Shown here: positions 38,755 to 48,729 of the stretch, piece by piece | Numbering within the stretch: position 1 is the first letter of the stretch | Layout: every line of letters begins with the position of its first letter | From: Candidatus Latescibacterota bacterium | GTDB lineage: Bacteria > Latescibacterota > CBDEFO01 | Assembly: GCA_965248755.1 (NCBI GenBank) | Contig: OZ252149.1 | Location: 64,001-128,000 of the forward strand | Direction of reading: 5' to 3' | Length of the DNA stretch: 64,000 nt | Notes under the pieces: generated by a model | Database searches by the model: none | Seen by the model: only the letters and a program-made list of their open reading frames with translations | Told to the model about the DNA's origin: nothing | Position numbers and translations under genes: made by a program

Positions 38755-39858
38755 GTGAAAACCTATCGTGCAGTCGTCATCGGCTGCGGTCGAATGGGCG
38801 GATTCATCGACAACGAGCGGATCCGTGCGCCGGCAGATGTACCGCCCTTCTCTCACGGGGCGAGTTTTTACGCCTGCTGCCGGACAGATTTGGTGGCATG
38901 CTCGGACTTACGCGTTGAGGTAATGGAAAAGTTCGGAGAACGCTACAATGTACCGAAAGAACGGCAATACACCGACTACCGCCAGTTGATAGAGGTGGAA
39001 GAGCCTGACATCGTCAGCATTGCCACTCAGCCGGAGCAGCGAGCGGAGATCGTCATTTACGCCGCCGAGCACCGTGCAAAGGCCATCTACGCCGAGAAGG
39101 CGATGGCTGCCTCGCTGCAGGAGGCCGACGCCATAGTGGAGGCTGTCGAACGAAACGGGGTTGTCTTTAACCTGGGCACGAATCGCCGCTGGAATACGGG
39201 CTTCGATAAGATGAAAGAGGTCATTGACAGCGGCGAACTGGGAGCTCTCAAGACGCTCATCATATACGACAATTGTTTACTCTTCAACATGTCCACCCAC
39301 CACTTCGACCTCATCCTGCGTCTGAACGACGACATTCCCGTTACTTGGGTGCAGGCGCACTTGCCGGGTGCCGAAGAATCATCCACGATTGAATCTATCG
39401 GGGACGGTGATTCCCTGCGCGAAGACCCGAGAGGGCATGGCATCATCCAGTTTGAGAACGGTGTCACGGCGTATGCCCTTCTAACTCCGCGCGGAAACGA
39501 GTATGAAGCGATCTGTGAACGGGGCGTAATGACTGCCTTCAACAACGGACTCGAATGGCAACTGCGCCGCCGCGTCCAGATAGATCCGCAAGGCAGGACG
39601 GCATTTGTGATCGACGACTTCCCTGACTTTGATCGCGCCAGTTCAACACTTCGACTTATTGAAGACCTCGTCCACGCACTGGATACAGGCGAACCGGCGC
39701 GGGGAGGCGTACTCTCTGCCCGTGCCAGCACGGAACTTATCTTCGCCTTTATAGAGTCACACCGGCGCGGCGGAGCGCGAGTGGCGTTACCGCTGAAGGA
39801 CTGCAAACTGAAGCTTAAGCGCGACCGCTCTCCGCGCCAGCCGAAGTTTACGCCGTGA
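38755..39858 (+). CDS. Gfo/Idh/MocA family oxidoreductase
   Basis: VVIGCGRMG, PDIVSIAT, YAEKAMA, GELGAL. Confidence 0.88.
   Translation: MKTYRAVVIGCGRMGGFIDNERIRAPADVPPFSHGASFYACCRTDLVACSDLRVEVMEKFGERYNVPKERQYTDYRQLIEVEEPDIVSIATQPEQRAEIVIYAAEHRAKAIYAEKAMAASLQEADAIVEAVERNGVVFNLGTNRRWNTGFDKMKEVIDSGELGALKTLIIYDNCLLFNMSTHHFDLILRLNDDIPVTWVQAHLPGAEESSTIESIGDGDSLREDPRGHGIIQFENGVTAYALLTPRGNEYEAICERGVMTAFNNGLEWQLRRRVQIDPQGRTAFVIDDFPDFDRASSTLRLIEDLVHALDTGEPARGGVLSARASTELIFAFIESHRRGGARVALPLKDCKLKLKRDRSPRQPKFTP
39382..39404. repeat. 23-bp palindrome copy inside the Gfo/Idh/MocA CDS
   Basis: tccacgattgaatctatcgggga; encodes STIESIGD. Confidence 0.75.
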
Positions 39859-39887
39859 GAAACAACGTTTACGCCGTGAGAAACAAC
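39846..39887. repeat. Perfect 21-bp tandem duplication spanning the stop codon
   Basis: gtttacgccgtgagaaacaac x2. Confidence 0.9.
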
Positions 39888-39935
39888 AATAACAGCAGAA
39901 AGCAAGAGAAGGAGATGCTGCTTCTACTTGTCTAA

Positions 39936-40185
39936 CCCGATTAATTCATAAACTTGATGGAAGTCATTGCGAGGAGCAAAGCGGTCCCCGATTGAGTCTA
40001 TCGGGGAAGCAATCTCAAGGTTTTATAGTGGTCTCCTATCAGAGCCGGAGAGTATTACATCTACCACAGAATCGAGATTGCTTCGCCTCCGGCTCGCATT
40101 GACACCGAAGGTGGTTAAACGTTATAACTATAATATAATACAATGCCTTAATTAATACACGGCCTTTTTTTGTGAATTATTCGGG
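39936..40185. mobile_element. MITE (250 bp) with CTAA target duplication, containing a nested REP pair and a 23-bp palindrome
   Basis: CTAA|CCCGATTAATTC ... GAATTATTCGGG|CTAA; contains 39963-40103 (gtcattgcgag...gcattgac), which contains 39985-40007. Confidence 0.72.
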
Positions 40186-40228
40186 CTAAAAGGAGCAACC
40201 GACAATTCTAAAAGGAGCAACCGACAAT
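40186..40228 (+). repeat. 21-bp tandem duplication of the RBS region
   Basis: ctaaaaggagcaaccgacaat x2 (period 22); the second copy runs into ATG 40227. Confidence 0.85.
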
Positions 40229-41453
40229 GAAAGTCAATCCACAACAACTGCTGGATGACGGATTCGTCATTCTGCCAGAGATCATCCCGTCGCAGCAGTT
40301 GGAGGAGTTACGCGCCAGTTTTGAAGTCCTTGTCGAGCGGCAGAAGTCTATCTGGTCAAGCCAGCGCAAGCCCGATGACCCGCCCGGCGGTGTCTGGGAG
40401 ACCTCAGCTCAGCCGCGGCTGGTGTTTAATACGGTAGTGGACGAGGCGACCGCCAACACCGTGGAGTTCTGCCTGCACGAAAATACACTGGGTGTAAGTC
40501 GCCAACTTATGCGCGCTCAAGAAGCGGCGATTACAGCGATGTTCTTCATGTGCAGTCCAATTCGCGACCACGGTCCAGCCCGCTGGCACCGCGATATCCA
40601 TCCCAATGATGAGGCGCCGCTGGGAGGTCTGCAGAGTGACCTTCTGGAAAATGCGCCAGGGTACGTGCAGTGGAACATTCCCCTCTACGATGATAACGTG
40701 CTCTGGGTGGTGCCCGGAAGCCATCGTCGCTTTAACACCGACGAAGAGAATCGCAAGTTGGAACAAAATCCGCTCGCGCCGCTGCCTGCGAGTACCCCGG
40801 TAGAGCTCAAAGCGGGAGATGGGGTTGCCTATACTAACACCATTCTGCACTGGGGCAGCGACTATACCACCAAGTTGCGGCGAACGATCCATTTGGGCTA
40901 TCGTTCCTTCGGGGGCGCTATATTTCCCTATGTATCTCACTTCTACTGGGACCTGGGCTTCACCCGTCATCTTTCTCTCCCTGCGCGCAAGAGATTTGAG
41001 CGCTTTGCACAACTGCACGCCCACGAGCGAGATTGCATCGAGTCCCTATTCCGCGCGATGCTCAACAGAGATGTGACCGCCTTTCGTGAAGGCCTTGCTG
41101 AACTCCATCCCGGTGAGTGTGGGCGGATCGTCTGTGTGGTTCTGCTGTCCAAGTTGGCGTATAAGATCCGAAAAATCAAACGCCCCGACATCGTTAGTCT
41201 GCCGCACTCCGAACGCCTACGCGCCCTAAGGGAACATCCGACCAGTCTTTACCTCTTGGAAGATATTGCCGTCCGCTTCACATCAGAAGAGGCTGAGACG
41301 CTCTGGCGTAGATTTGCGACTCTGGATGCTAAACTTCAATCGGAGGCAGAGCAATATGTCCCCGGTTTTCAGTCTGGGCCCATGCGATACTTTTTCAACG
41401 AGATGCCCGCCGATTTCGAGGTCGAAGACTTCATAGCCAGTTGGGATGCCTAA
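40227..41453 (+). CDS. PhyH family dioxygenase with C-terminal extension (paralog 1)
   Basis: DGFVIL, WHRD, QWNIPL, VVPGSH, LKAGDGV, ILHWG. Confidence 0.87.
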   Translation: MKVNPQQLLDDGFVILPEIIPSQQLEELRASFEVLVERQKSIWSSQRKPDDPPGGVWETSAQPRLVFNTVVDEATANTVEFCLHENTLGVSRQLMRAQEAAITAMFFMCSPIRDHGPARWHRDIHPNDEAPLGGLQSDLLENAPGYVQWNIPLYDDNVLWVVPGSHRRFNTDEENRKLEQNPLAPLPASTPVELKAGDGVAYTNTILHWGSDYTTKLRRTIHLGYRSFGGAIFPYVSHFYWDLGFTRHLSLPARKRFERFAQLHAHERDCIESLFRAMLNRDVTAFREGLAELHPGECGRIVCVVLLSKLAYKIRKIKRPDIVSLPHSERLRALREHPTSLYLLEDIAVRFTSEEAETLWRRFATLDAKLQSEAEQYVPGFQSGPMRYFFNEMPADFEVEDFIASWDA

Positions 41454-41672
41454 ACAGGTGAAGAAACTGTATTTTAAATATCCCCATTAAGAGAGGGAGT
41501 TGGAACGCTATTTTTACAATATATTGTTAATTTTGCTCTAAAGGTATCCCCACTATGTAGCTCCTCCAGCTAATTCTTCGGATTATCTATTTCGAATCAG
41601 AAAAGGAGGCATGCACCATATTTGTTTGACCTGTGGAAATACATAGCATAACGACAAAAGGAGAAACCAACG

Positions 41673-42899
41673 ATGAAAGTCGATCCACAACAACTGCTGG
41701 ACGACGGATTCATCATTTTACGAGAAGTCATCCCGCCCGATCAGTTGGAGGAGTTGCGCGCCAGTTTTGAAGTCCTTGTAGAGCGGCAGAAGTCTATCTG
41801 GGCCCGTGAGCGCAAACCTGAAGACCCGCCCGGCGGTGAATGGGAGAACTCAGCTCAGCCGCGGCTGGTATTTAATACGTTAGTGGACGAGGCGACCGTC
41901 AACACCGTGGAGTTCTGCCTGCACGAAAACACACTGGGTGTAAGTCGCCAACTTATGCGCGCTCGAGAGGCGGCGATTACAGCGATGTTCTTCATGTGCA
42001 GTCCAATTCGCGACCACGGTCCTGCTGACTGGCACCGCGACACCGATCCAATTACACAAGCGCCTCTAAGCGGTTTGCAGATGGACATGATCCGAAACGC
42101 GCCCAGCTACTTACAGTGGAACATTCCTCTCTACGATGACAGCGTGCTCTGGGTGGTGCCATCCAGTCACCAACGCCCTAACACCGAAGAAGAACAGCGC
42201 CATTTACTCGCAAGCCCGCGCAAGCCGATGCCGGGTGGCGTGCCGGTAGAACTCAAAGCAGGTGACGGCGTCGTCTATAGCAACCTAATCCTGCACTGGG
42301 GCAGCAACTACAGCACCACGTTGAGACGAACAATTCATTTAGGTTACCGCTCCTTCGGTGGTGCCATCTTTCCCTATGTACACCACTTCTACTGGAACCT
42401 CGATTTCACTAAGCGCTTGCCGCCAATTATACGGAGTTATTTTGAGCACTCTTTCCAACTACACATAGAACAGTGCGATCTAATTGAATCCACCTTCCGT
42501 GCAATCCTCAACAAGGACGCAGCTGTCTTCCGCGATGGACTCGCCGCGCTCCACCCCGGCGATTATACACCGATGGTGTGCGTAGTTCTCCTGTCGAAGT
42601 GGGCAGACAAGACCCACAAACTGAAACGTCCCGATGTCGTCAGTCTACCCTTGCCAGAGCGTGCCGGAGCTATTTCAGAGAGTCCACTTAATCTCTACCT
42701 CTACGAGGATTTTGCCCGACGTTTCTCGCAGTCGGAAGCTGACGTCCTGTGGCAGCGGTTTGCGACGCTTTTTGCTAAACTCCAATCGGACGCGGAGCGG
42801 TGTGTGTCCGACTTCGGATCTCGACCGATGCGATATTTGTTCACCGAGATGCCCACCGCTTTCGAGGTCGAAGACTTCATAGCCAGCTGGGACACCTGA
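41673..42899 (+). CDS. PhyH family dioxygenase with C-terminal extension (paralog 2)
   Basis: Same length (408 aa) and motifs as paralog 1. Confidence 0.87.
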   Translation: MKVDPQQLLDDGFIILREVIPPDQLEELRASFEVLVERQKSIWARERKPEDPPGGEWENSAQPRLVFNTLVDEATVNTVEFCLHENTLGVSRQLMRAREAAITAMFFMCSPIRDHGPADWHRDTDPITQAPLSGLQMDMIRNAPSYLQWNIPLYDDSVLWVVPSSHQRPNTEEEQRHLLASPRKPMPGGVPVELKAGDGVVYSNLILHWGSNYSTTLRRTIHLGYRSFGGAIFPYVHHFYWNLDFTKRLPPIIRSYFEHSFQLHIEQCDLIESTFRAILNKDAAVFRDGLAALHPGDYTPMVCVVLLSKWADKTHKLKRPDVVSLPLPERAGAISESPLNLYLYEDFARRFSQSEADVLWQRFATLFAKLQSDAERCVSDFGSRPMRYLFTEMPTAFEVEDFIASWDT

Positions 42900-42965
42900 A
42901 AAGATAGCAGATACCAGACAGGGTACCTCTTCTCCCTCTGTCCACTAATTTTGTGGGAATACCCT

Positions 42966-43880
42966 ATGGAAAGATCTATTCGTGTGATAGAACGGCTCAA
43001 AGGCCCAATTGTTCCGGTGAACGTCTGCTTTGCCGATGAAGATTACCTGGACGTTGCGGCGACGCGCGGGTACGTCAACTGGCTGTGCGAGCAGAACGTA
43101 CCCGTAATACTGCTCACTTATGGCAGCAGCGAATTCTCCAGCCTGACTGAGGATGAGATTTGGAGGCTGACCGGCGAAGTGGCAGAGGAGGTCGCTGGGC
43201 GCTCGCTGTTCATCGCTTCGACCGGTTGGTGGTGGCCGGGGAAATGCCGGGAGTTTTTGAAACACGCCGAGAGTGCAGGAGCAGATGCAGTCAAGGTTCA
43301 GATTCACCCTTGGCTGGGTGTCCAGCGTGATGTGCTTCTCAGCTACTTTGACCGCATTCAAGACGCCGCTCCGATTCCCCTGCTGGTCTGGAGTATCGGG
43401 ACAGCTCCTTTTACCGTGGATGTAGTGGCGGAGTTAGCACAACGTCCTGAAGTGGTCGGCATCAAGAATGACGGTGACGCCTTCTATGACTATTATGACT
43501 TTATCCGCGCTACCGATGCTGAGAACTTCGCCGTGATCAGCGGTGGACAGATGCGCAACTTTATGCTCGGCTATCCTATCGGTTCTCCGGCGTATCTCTG
43601 CCCCATTGCGCCTTTCCGTCCGGACATAGCGATCAGCTTCTACAATCTTCTGACCGCCGGGCGAAGCGATGAGGCGTGGGCAATCGTGTTCCGCTATGAG
43701 GAACCCTGGCTCAAGACCGCTGCAGCGCTGGAATGGGGACCCAGCATCAAATCCGCGCTCTACATTTACGGGCTATATCCCAATCATCGGCTCCGCGCAC
43801 CAGCCGTTTCGCACACCGCCGAACAGCGCAAGAAATTGCAGGAGACTCTGGAAAAGGTCTTTGGACCTATCAGACAGTAG
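42966..43880 (+). CDS. DapA/DHDPS-like class I aldolase family protein
   Basis: YGSSEFSSLT, GADAV, Schiff-base Lys in VVGIKND. Confidence 0.82.
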   Translation: MERSIRVIERLKGPIVPVNVCFADEDYLDVAATRGYVNWLCEQNVPVILLTYGSSEFSSLTEDEIWRLTGEVAEEVAGRSLFIASTGWWWPGKCREFLKHAESAGADAVKVQIHPWLGVQRDVLLSYFDRIQDAAPIPLLVWSIGTAPFTVDVVAELAQRPEVVGIKNDGDAFYDYYDFIRATDAENFAVISGGQMRNFMLGYPIGSPAYLCPIAPFRPDIAISFYNLLTAGRSDEAWAIVFRYEEPWLKTAAALEWGPSIKSALYIYGLYPNHRLRAPAVSHTAEQRKKLQETLEKVFGPIRQ

Positions 43881-43927
43881 GGGCCTGTCCCCAGACAGTG
43901 ACACATCATAAAGGGAGGTAAGGAAAG

Positions 43928-44872
43928 ATGACACAGCAGCGAAAAGTTTATTTCAACGGCCAGTTCGTGTCAGAAGCCGAGGCGAGGGTCTCCATCTTCG
44001 ACTCAGCGCTGATGTACGGGGATATGGTGTTTGAGATGACGCGCAGTTACAACGGCGAACCGTTCCGTCTTCGCCACCACCTCGAACGGCTTTACGCCGG
44101 ACTCACGATACTGGAGATCGACTGCGGGTTGACGCTTGACGAGATGGAAGCTGCTACACTCCAGACGGTGGAGATGAACCGCCCGTGCTTCTATGAGGGG
44201 TTGGACTTTCAAATTATGCACAACGTCTCACGCGGACCGCTTGCACTCTACAGTTCAGTCTTTCCAGAAGGCCTGCGTCCGACAGTTACTATCAACTGCT
44301 GGCCGTTGACCTGGCATCTTTCCGGCATTGCAGATATGTACGAGGCGGGTGTCCACGCTGTCATCACACCGCAGAGGTCCGTACCTTCGCGTCTGATCGA
44401 CCCGAAGATCAAGAATCGCAGCCGCGTCTACTACCAGGTCGCCAACCAGCAAGCGCAGAAGGTAGATCCAAAGGCATGGGCACTTTTGACTGACGATGAC
44501 GGGTTCATCACCGAAGGGACAGGCTCCAACTTCTTCATCGTGATGCGCGGCGAACTGTTCACTTCAGAGCCGCGCAACATCCTGCGCGGGGTGACGCGGC
44601 AGGCGGCCATAGAGTTAGCAGCAGAATTAGGCGTGCCCTGCCATGAACGCAACCTGGAGCCCTACGACGTGGCGATGGCCGAAGAGGCCTTCTTCACTAC
44701 AACATCGTATGCTGTGATGCCCGCGACGCGGTTCAACGGGCAGCCGATTGGAGGAGGAAAGGTCGGTCCCGTGACGCGCCGCCTGTTGGACGGCTGGTGC
44801 CAGATGGTCGGCGTGGACATGGTGGCGCAGTCGAAGGAATATACAATAGAAGCAGAAAAGGCGGGAAAATGA
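43928..44872 (+). CDS. PLP-dependent aminotransferase class IV
   Basis: ARVSIFDSALMYGDMVFE, FRLRHHLERL, DPKIKNRSR, TEGTGSN, ILRGVTR. Confidence 0.9.
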   Translation: MTQQRKVYFNGQFVSEAEARVSIFDSALMYGDMVFEMTRSYNGEPFRLRHHLERLYAGLTILEIDCGLTLDEMEAATLQTVEMNRPCFYEGLDFQIMHNVSRGPLALYSSVFPEGLRPTVTINCWPLTWHLSGIADMYEAGVHAVITPQRSVPSRLIDPKIKNRSRVYYQVANQQAQKVDPKAWALLTDDDGFITEGTGSNFFIVMRGELFTSEPRNILRGVTRQAAIELAAELGVPCHERNLEPYDVAMAEEAFFTTTSYAVMPATRFNGQPIGGGKVGPVTRRLLDGWCQMVGVDMVAQSKEYTIEAEKAGK

Positions 44873-46020
44873 AGATCACCGCTGTCCGCACCCGCGTTAT
44901 GGGCACACCGGGTCGCAACTGGATATTTGTCTTCGTCGAAACTGATGAGGGCATCACCGGCGTGGGAGAGGCCACCACCGAGTATCAAGAGCAGGCTGTC
45001 GTCTCTTCCATCGAACAGCACTTTGCCCCACTCTTGGTCGGCAGAGATCCCACCAGGATCGAGCGTCTGTGGCAGGTGATGTACCGCCTCTTCTGGTGGC
45101 GGCAGGGTGTAGTGATGACCAGTGCCATCAGCGGTATCGAGCAGGCGTTGTGGGACATTGCGGGCAAGGCCTATGGACAGCCTGTCTACCGCCTGCTCGG
45201 AGGGCCGTGCCGGGACCGCGTGCGGCTCTATGCGCGCGGCGACCTGGGTTTATCATCGGAAGCTGAGGAAGCACAAGCGGCCATCGCCGAGGGTTTCACA
45301 GCCTTCAAATGGGGCTATGGGCCGACGGGTAGGCCGTTCGATGAGGAGGAGAACATCCGCGCCGCGCACGAGGCTGCCAGCGCTATCGTAGAGGCGACAG
45401 GCGACCAGATTGACTCCACACTGCCCCTCGAGTTGATGGTAGATTGCGCCGGGCTCTTTTCGCTGGGAGGCGCAATACGCCTGATTCAAGGGTTGCGGGG
45501 ATATCGAGTGCTGTTCGTGGAAGAACCCGTGTGCGTGGACAACCTCAACGAGATGGAGCGGCTGCATCAGGCGGGGACAGGCATTAAACTGGCGTTGGGT
45601 GAGCGGCTCTCCACGCGCTGGGCGTTCCGCGAATATTTGGAGCAGCGGGCGGTAGACGTGGTACAGCCTGATATCTGTCATGCGGGCGGCATCGGTGAAC
45701 TGCGCAAGATCGCAGCGATGGCAGAGGTCTACGGCGTGAAGGTAGCACCGCACAACCCCTACGGTCCTGTCGCCCTTGCGGCTGCCGTCCATTTCGCCGC
45801 CGCAACCAGTAACTTCCTGATATTGGAATATTGCCGCCGTACGCCCCTCTTCTTTCAAGTGCAGAAGCAGGGAATTGAGATTGCCAACGGTCATGCCGAA
45901 CTGCCGACGGCCGCTGGGCTGGGAGTGGAGTTGGACGAAGAACTCATCGCACAGCATCCATACCAGCCACTTGCGATTCGGGAGTATTACGAGTCGGACG
46001 GCGCAGTACCGATGATTTAA
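44869..46020 (+). CDS. Mandelate racemase/MLE family (galactonate dehydratase-like)
   Basis: MKITAV, ETDEGITGVGEA, SGIEQALWDIAGK, EEP, GER, QPD, APHN; ATGA overlap with the upstream gene. Confidence 0.9.
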   Translation: MKITAVRTRVMGTPGRNWIFVFVETDEGITGVGEATTEYQEQAVVSSIEQHFAPLLVGRDPTRIERLWQVMYRLFWWRQGVVMTSAISGIEQALWDIAGKAYGQPVYRLLGGPCRDRVRLYARGDLGLSSEAEEAQAAIAEGFTAFKWGYGPTGRPFDEEENIRAAHEAASAIVEATGDQIDSTLPLELMVDCAGLFSLGGAIRLIQGLRGYRVLFVEEPVCVDNLNEMERLHQAGTGIKLALGERLSTRWAFREYLEQRAVDVVQPDICHAGGIGELRKIAAMAEVYGVKVAPHNPYGPVALAAAVHFAAATSNFLILEYCRRTPLFFQVQKQGIEIANGHAELPTAAGLGVELDEELIAQHPYQPLAIREYYESDGAVPMI

Positions 46021-46031
46021 ATCATATCGCA

Positions 46032-46074
46032 TCCCCGATCCCCCCCGATAGATTCAATCGGGGGGGATCGGGGA
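46032..46074. repeat. Nested palindrome (23-bp element inside tccccgatc...gatcgggga)
   Basis: tccccgatc-ccccccgatagattcaatcgggggg-gatcgggga. Confidence 0.8.
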
Positions 46075-46112
46075 GCACCGCAAGGCTCTTACGATATTAA
46101 GGAGTTGATAGT

Positions 46113-46829
46113 ATGGAATTGACAGGTCGAGCGGCAGTGGTGACCGGAGCGGCGCGAGGTATTGGCAAGGCGATTGCCAAGGCTCTGGCACAGGAAGGCG
46201 CTGACGTGGCTCTGTTGGACATAGACGAGTCGGAGGTGCGGGCAGCCGCGCGGGAAATCGGAGAGAGCACTGGACGGCGGATCCTTCCGGTACGCGCAGA
46301 CGTGAGCGTAAAGACCCAGGTTGAAGGAGCCGTCGCCTCCGTGCAGAACGCCTTTGAGAAAGTGGACATTCTCGTAAACAATGCAGGCGTGTGGAGTCAT
46401 GGGAACCTGAGCCAGGTGACAGAGGCCGAGTGGGACCGGGTCTTTGATGTTAATCTGAAAGGTGTGCTGTTCGGCACGCAGGCGGTCGCGCCTGTCATGA
46501 AAGAACAAAAAGGAGGGAAAATAGTCAACATAGCGTCGGCCGCGGGATTGGGACCTGTCGCAGAATGGAGCGCCTATTGCATCTCCAAGGCTGCGGTCAT
46601 AATGCTCTCGCAGGTCGCAGCGGAGGAGTTAGCTCCGTTTAATGTGCAGGTGGCTGCCCTCTGCCCGGGCGCGGTGGACACCCACTTGACCGAGCGCATC
46701 ACGCAGCAGACCGGTGCACGGTTTCCCCATGCTATGAAGCCGGAGCAGGTCGCTGAAGCTGTGTTGAATCTAGTTTGCCCTTTCGAGCAGAAGCCAAGCG
46801 GCGCTATCGTACAGAGGCTGCCAGCATAG
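46113..46829 (+). CDS. SDR family oxidoreductase
   Basis: TGAARGIG, NNAG, NIAS, YCISK. Confidence 0.92.
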   Translation: MELTGRAAVVTGAARGIGKAIAKALAQEGADVALLDIDESEVRAAAREIGESTGRRILPVRADVSVKTQVEGAVASVQNAFEKVDILVNNAGVWSHGNLSQVTEAEWDRVFDVNLKGVLFGTQAVAPVMKEQKGGKIVNIASAAGLGPVAEWSAYCISKAAVIMLSQVAAEELAPFNVQVAALCPGAVDTHLTERITQQTGARFPHAMKPEQVAEAVLNLVCPFEQKPSGAIVQRLPA

Positions 46830-46945
46830 CAGACTGCCTGCTGGGACTCCCCCACTTCCCCCTGACTGCTGTCTACGAGTTAGCTTGCCTGACCCTTCCC
46901 GACACTCTCAGCTAGTGCTCCTCCAAGTTAATTATACTGGGGAGT

Positions 46946-47110
46946 GTCATTGTGAGGAGCGCAGCGACGAAGCAATCTCTGAACCTAACCCCATGTAGCA
47001 TGAACAACGAGATTTTGAATATACAGAATGTAGGGGCGAGGTCTACTGGCCCAGTAGTCGGCAGACAGGTAGAGGCGAGATTGCTTCGGGATGAATCCCC
47101 CCGCAATGAC
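46946..47110. repeat. REP-like inverted pair (GTCATTG...GAAGCAATCTC / GAGATTGCTTC...GCAATGAC) with an internal GTAG REP
   Basis: Direct sequence reading; same family at 39963, 30384 and 61287. Confidence 0.75.
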
Positions 47111-47129
47111 TGGGCAGTGCATCCAAGGT

Positions 47130-48074
47130 TCATCTATAGACGCTTTGAATCAGGGCGCGGATATAACCGTTGGCGTATGCGTGACCGATATCATCTCCCG
47201 ACCGATGCTGGATGTGCGGCGTGTGATCCATCATGAATGGACCGTTGAAACCGACGTCGCGGTAGGTCTCCATAGCCTTGAGCATATCTACTTCACCTTC
47301 ATCTATGAATACCTCCTGAAAGTCGTAGGGAGTGCCGCGAATATTTCGGAAGTGGACGTAGAATATCTTGTCCCGCTCCCCCATGTAGCGGATGGTGTCC
47401 AGGACATTGACTCCCATCTCGGCGACGCAGCCCTGGCAGAAGAGCATTCCGATGTTGTCGCTGGGGACGATATCGAACATCCTCTGATAGTTCTCCACGC
47501 TCACAACGATTCGGTCAGCGCCTCCCAGTGCCTCAGGGATCGGAGGATCGTCCGGATGCACGGCGATCCTTACTCTGGCCTCCTCCGCCACAGGGATGAC
47601 CCACTCCAGGAAATAGGTCAGATTCTCCCATAGCCTATCGGCCGTGATCTCCTTGCCCGGATGCCGAGGTGGGTCCTTCATAAACTCCTCGTAGTTGAAG
47701 GCGCTGTAGGTTGAACCACCGCGACCGGGGATCGAATCCGTCCGAAAATGGCTGATAGCGAAGAACGTAATGGCGGTTTTAGGTACGCCCACCGCGCCGA
47801 TCGCTCGGAGCATCTCGCACCAGTTGTCGATCTCCCCACTTCGTCCGGGAAGACTATGGATGACCCTCGCTCCAACGCCTGAACGGAGGACGTGAAGTTC
47901 CAGACCGTGGGCTTCCACAAACGACTTCAGACGCCTAAAGTCCTCGGTGTGATCCTGACCGTTGGCCATCTCAGGACTCAAGAAAATTTGGAGGCAATCG
48001 ACGCCCATCGCCTTGAAGAAGTTCAACCTCTCATCGGTAACTTCGTTCCAACCAAGCGAATCCATTATTTTCAT
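47130..48074 (-). CDS. uxuA: Mannonate dehydratase family protein
   Basis: LWENLTYFL...IPVAEE, HPDDPP, FCQGC, HFRN, EVFIDEG, DHTP. Confidence 0.85.
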   Translation of the reverse strand: MKIMDSLGWNEVTDERLNFFKAMGVDCLQIFLSPEMANGQDHTEDFRRLKSFVEAHGLELHVLRSGVGARVIHSLPGRSGEIDNWCEMLRAIGAVGVPKTAITFFAISHFRTDSIPGRGGSTYSAFNYEEFMKDPPRHPGKEITADRLWENLTYFLEWVIPVAEEARVRIAVHPDDPPIPEALGGADRIVVSVENYQRMFDIVPSDNIGMLFCQGCVAEMGVNVLDTIRYMGERDKIFYVHFRNIRGTPYDFQEVFIDEGEVDMLKAMETYRDVGFNGPFMMDHTPHIQHRSGDDIGHAYANGYIRALIQSVYR

Positions 48075-48138
48075 GTTTCATGCGCCAGTTTTGAAGCTGT
48101 CTATGTAGTGGTGGATGTGAATTCTTCTTACCAGAAGC

Positions 48139-48216
48139 TTATCGAGGCACGTGCCTTTCTGAACACCTTAAGAGCCTGGCTGCCTCTTTGATCGTAAGCA
48201 TGTCTTCGATATCCAT
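48139..48216 (-). pseudogene. Truncated excisionase-like (HTH_17/Xis) gene
   Basis: AAGGAGG RBS, then MDIEDMLTIKEAARLLRCSERHVPR*. Confidence 0.65.
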
Positions 48217-48259
48217 CTTTCCCTCCTTTTTAGACTGTCACATTCCCGTTGCTTTTTCA

Positions 48260-48361
48260 TATAGGGTGTAGGGTGTGTAGGCAGGTGTACTATGTTTGTA
48301 TATAAAAAAGTTTTTTGTACAGCAAACATATAGTACGACCCTACACACCCTACACCCTATA
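48260..48361. repeat. 102-bp inverted repeat (perfect 22-bp outer arms, AT-rich core); ori-like cruciform
   Basis: tatagggtgtagggtgtgtagg (48260-48281) is the exact reverse complement of cctacacaccctacaccctata (48340-48361); inner arms are imperfect. Confidence 0.85.
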
Positions 48362-48467
48362 CACAGGCTACCCCGGCATTTAAAATCACAAGTCCCTTTG
48401 TGTTAAGAACCTTACGTTTCTTTTAGCTCTACCATATCTACCACATGCCAGTACTCATATTCCCCTA

Positions 48468-48551
48468 ATCTCTAACTCTTTGGAGGTCTTGATCTCTAAC
48501 GTGTTGGGGAGCTACACAACTGATCTCTAACCCTTTAGAGGTCTTGATCTC
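48468..48551. repeat. Two 29-bp direct repeats, period 55
   Basis: atctctaactctttggaggtcttgatctc / atctctaaccctttagaggtcttgatctc. Confidence 0.8.
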
Positions 48552-48729
48552 CGATGTCTTGTAAATCTTACTCTTAATCCCCAGCTTCTTGCAGGTCAGT
48601 TGCGACATCTAAAGACTTTATAACCACAGTTCGACCCTGACCTGGATACTTTACGGATATATACACAGTATCCACGAGCAAGTTGACGGTTCGTTTTGAG
48701 ATTGACAGGCGGTCTACCTTTCGCAGCGA

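Noticed and set aside
48468..48551. Two 29-bp repeats with a 26-bp spacer as a mini CRISPR array
   Set aside because: There are only two imperfect copies, no cas genes in the window, and the repeats sit inside a decayed mobile-element region.
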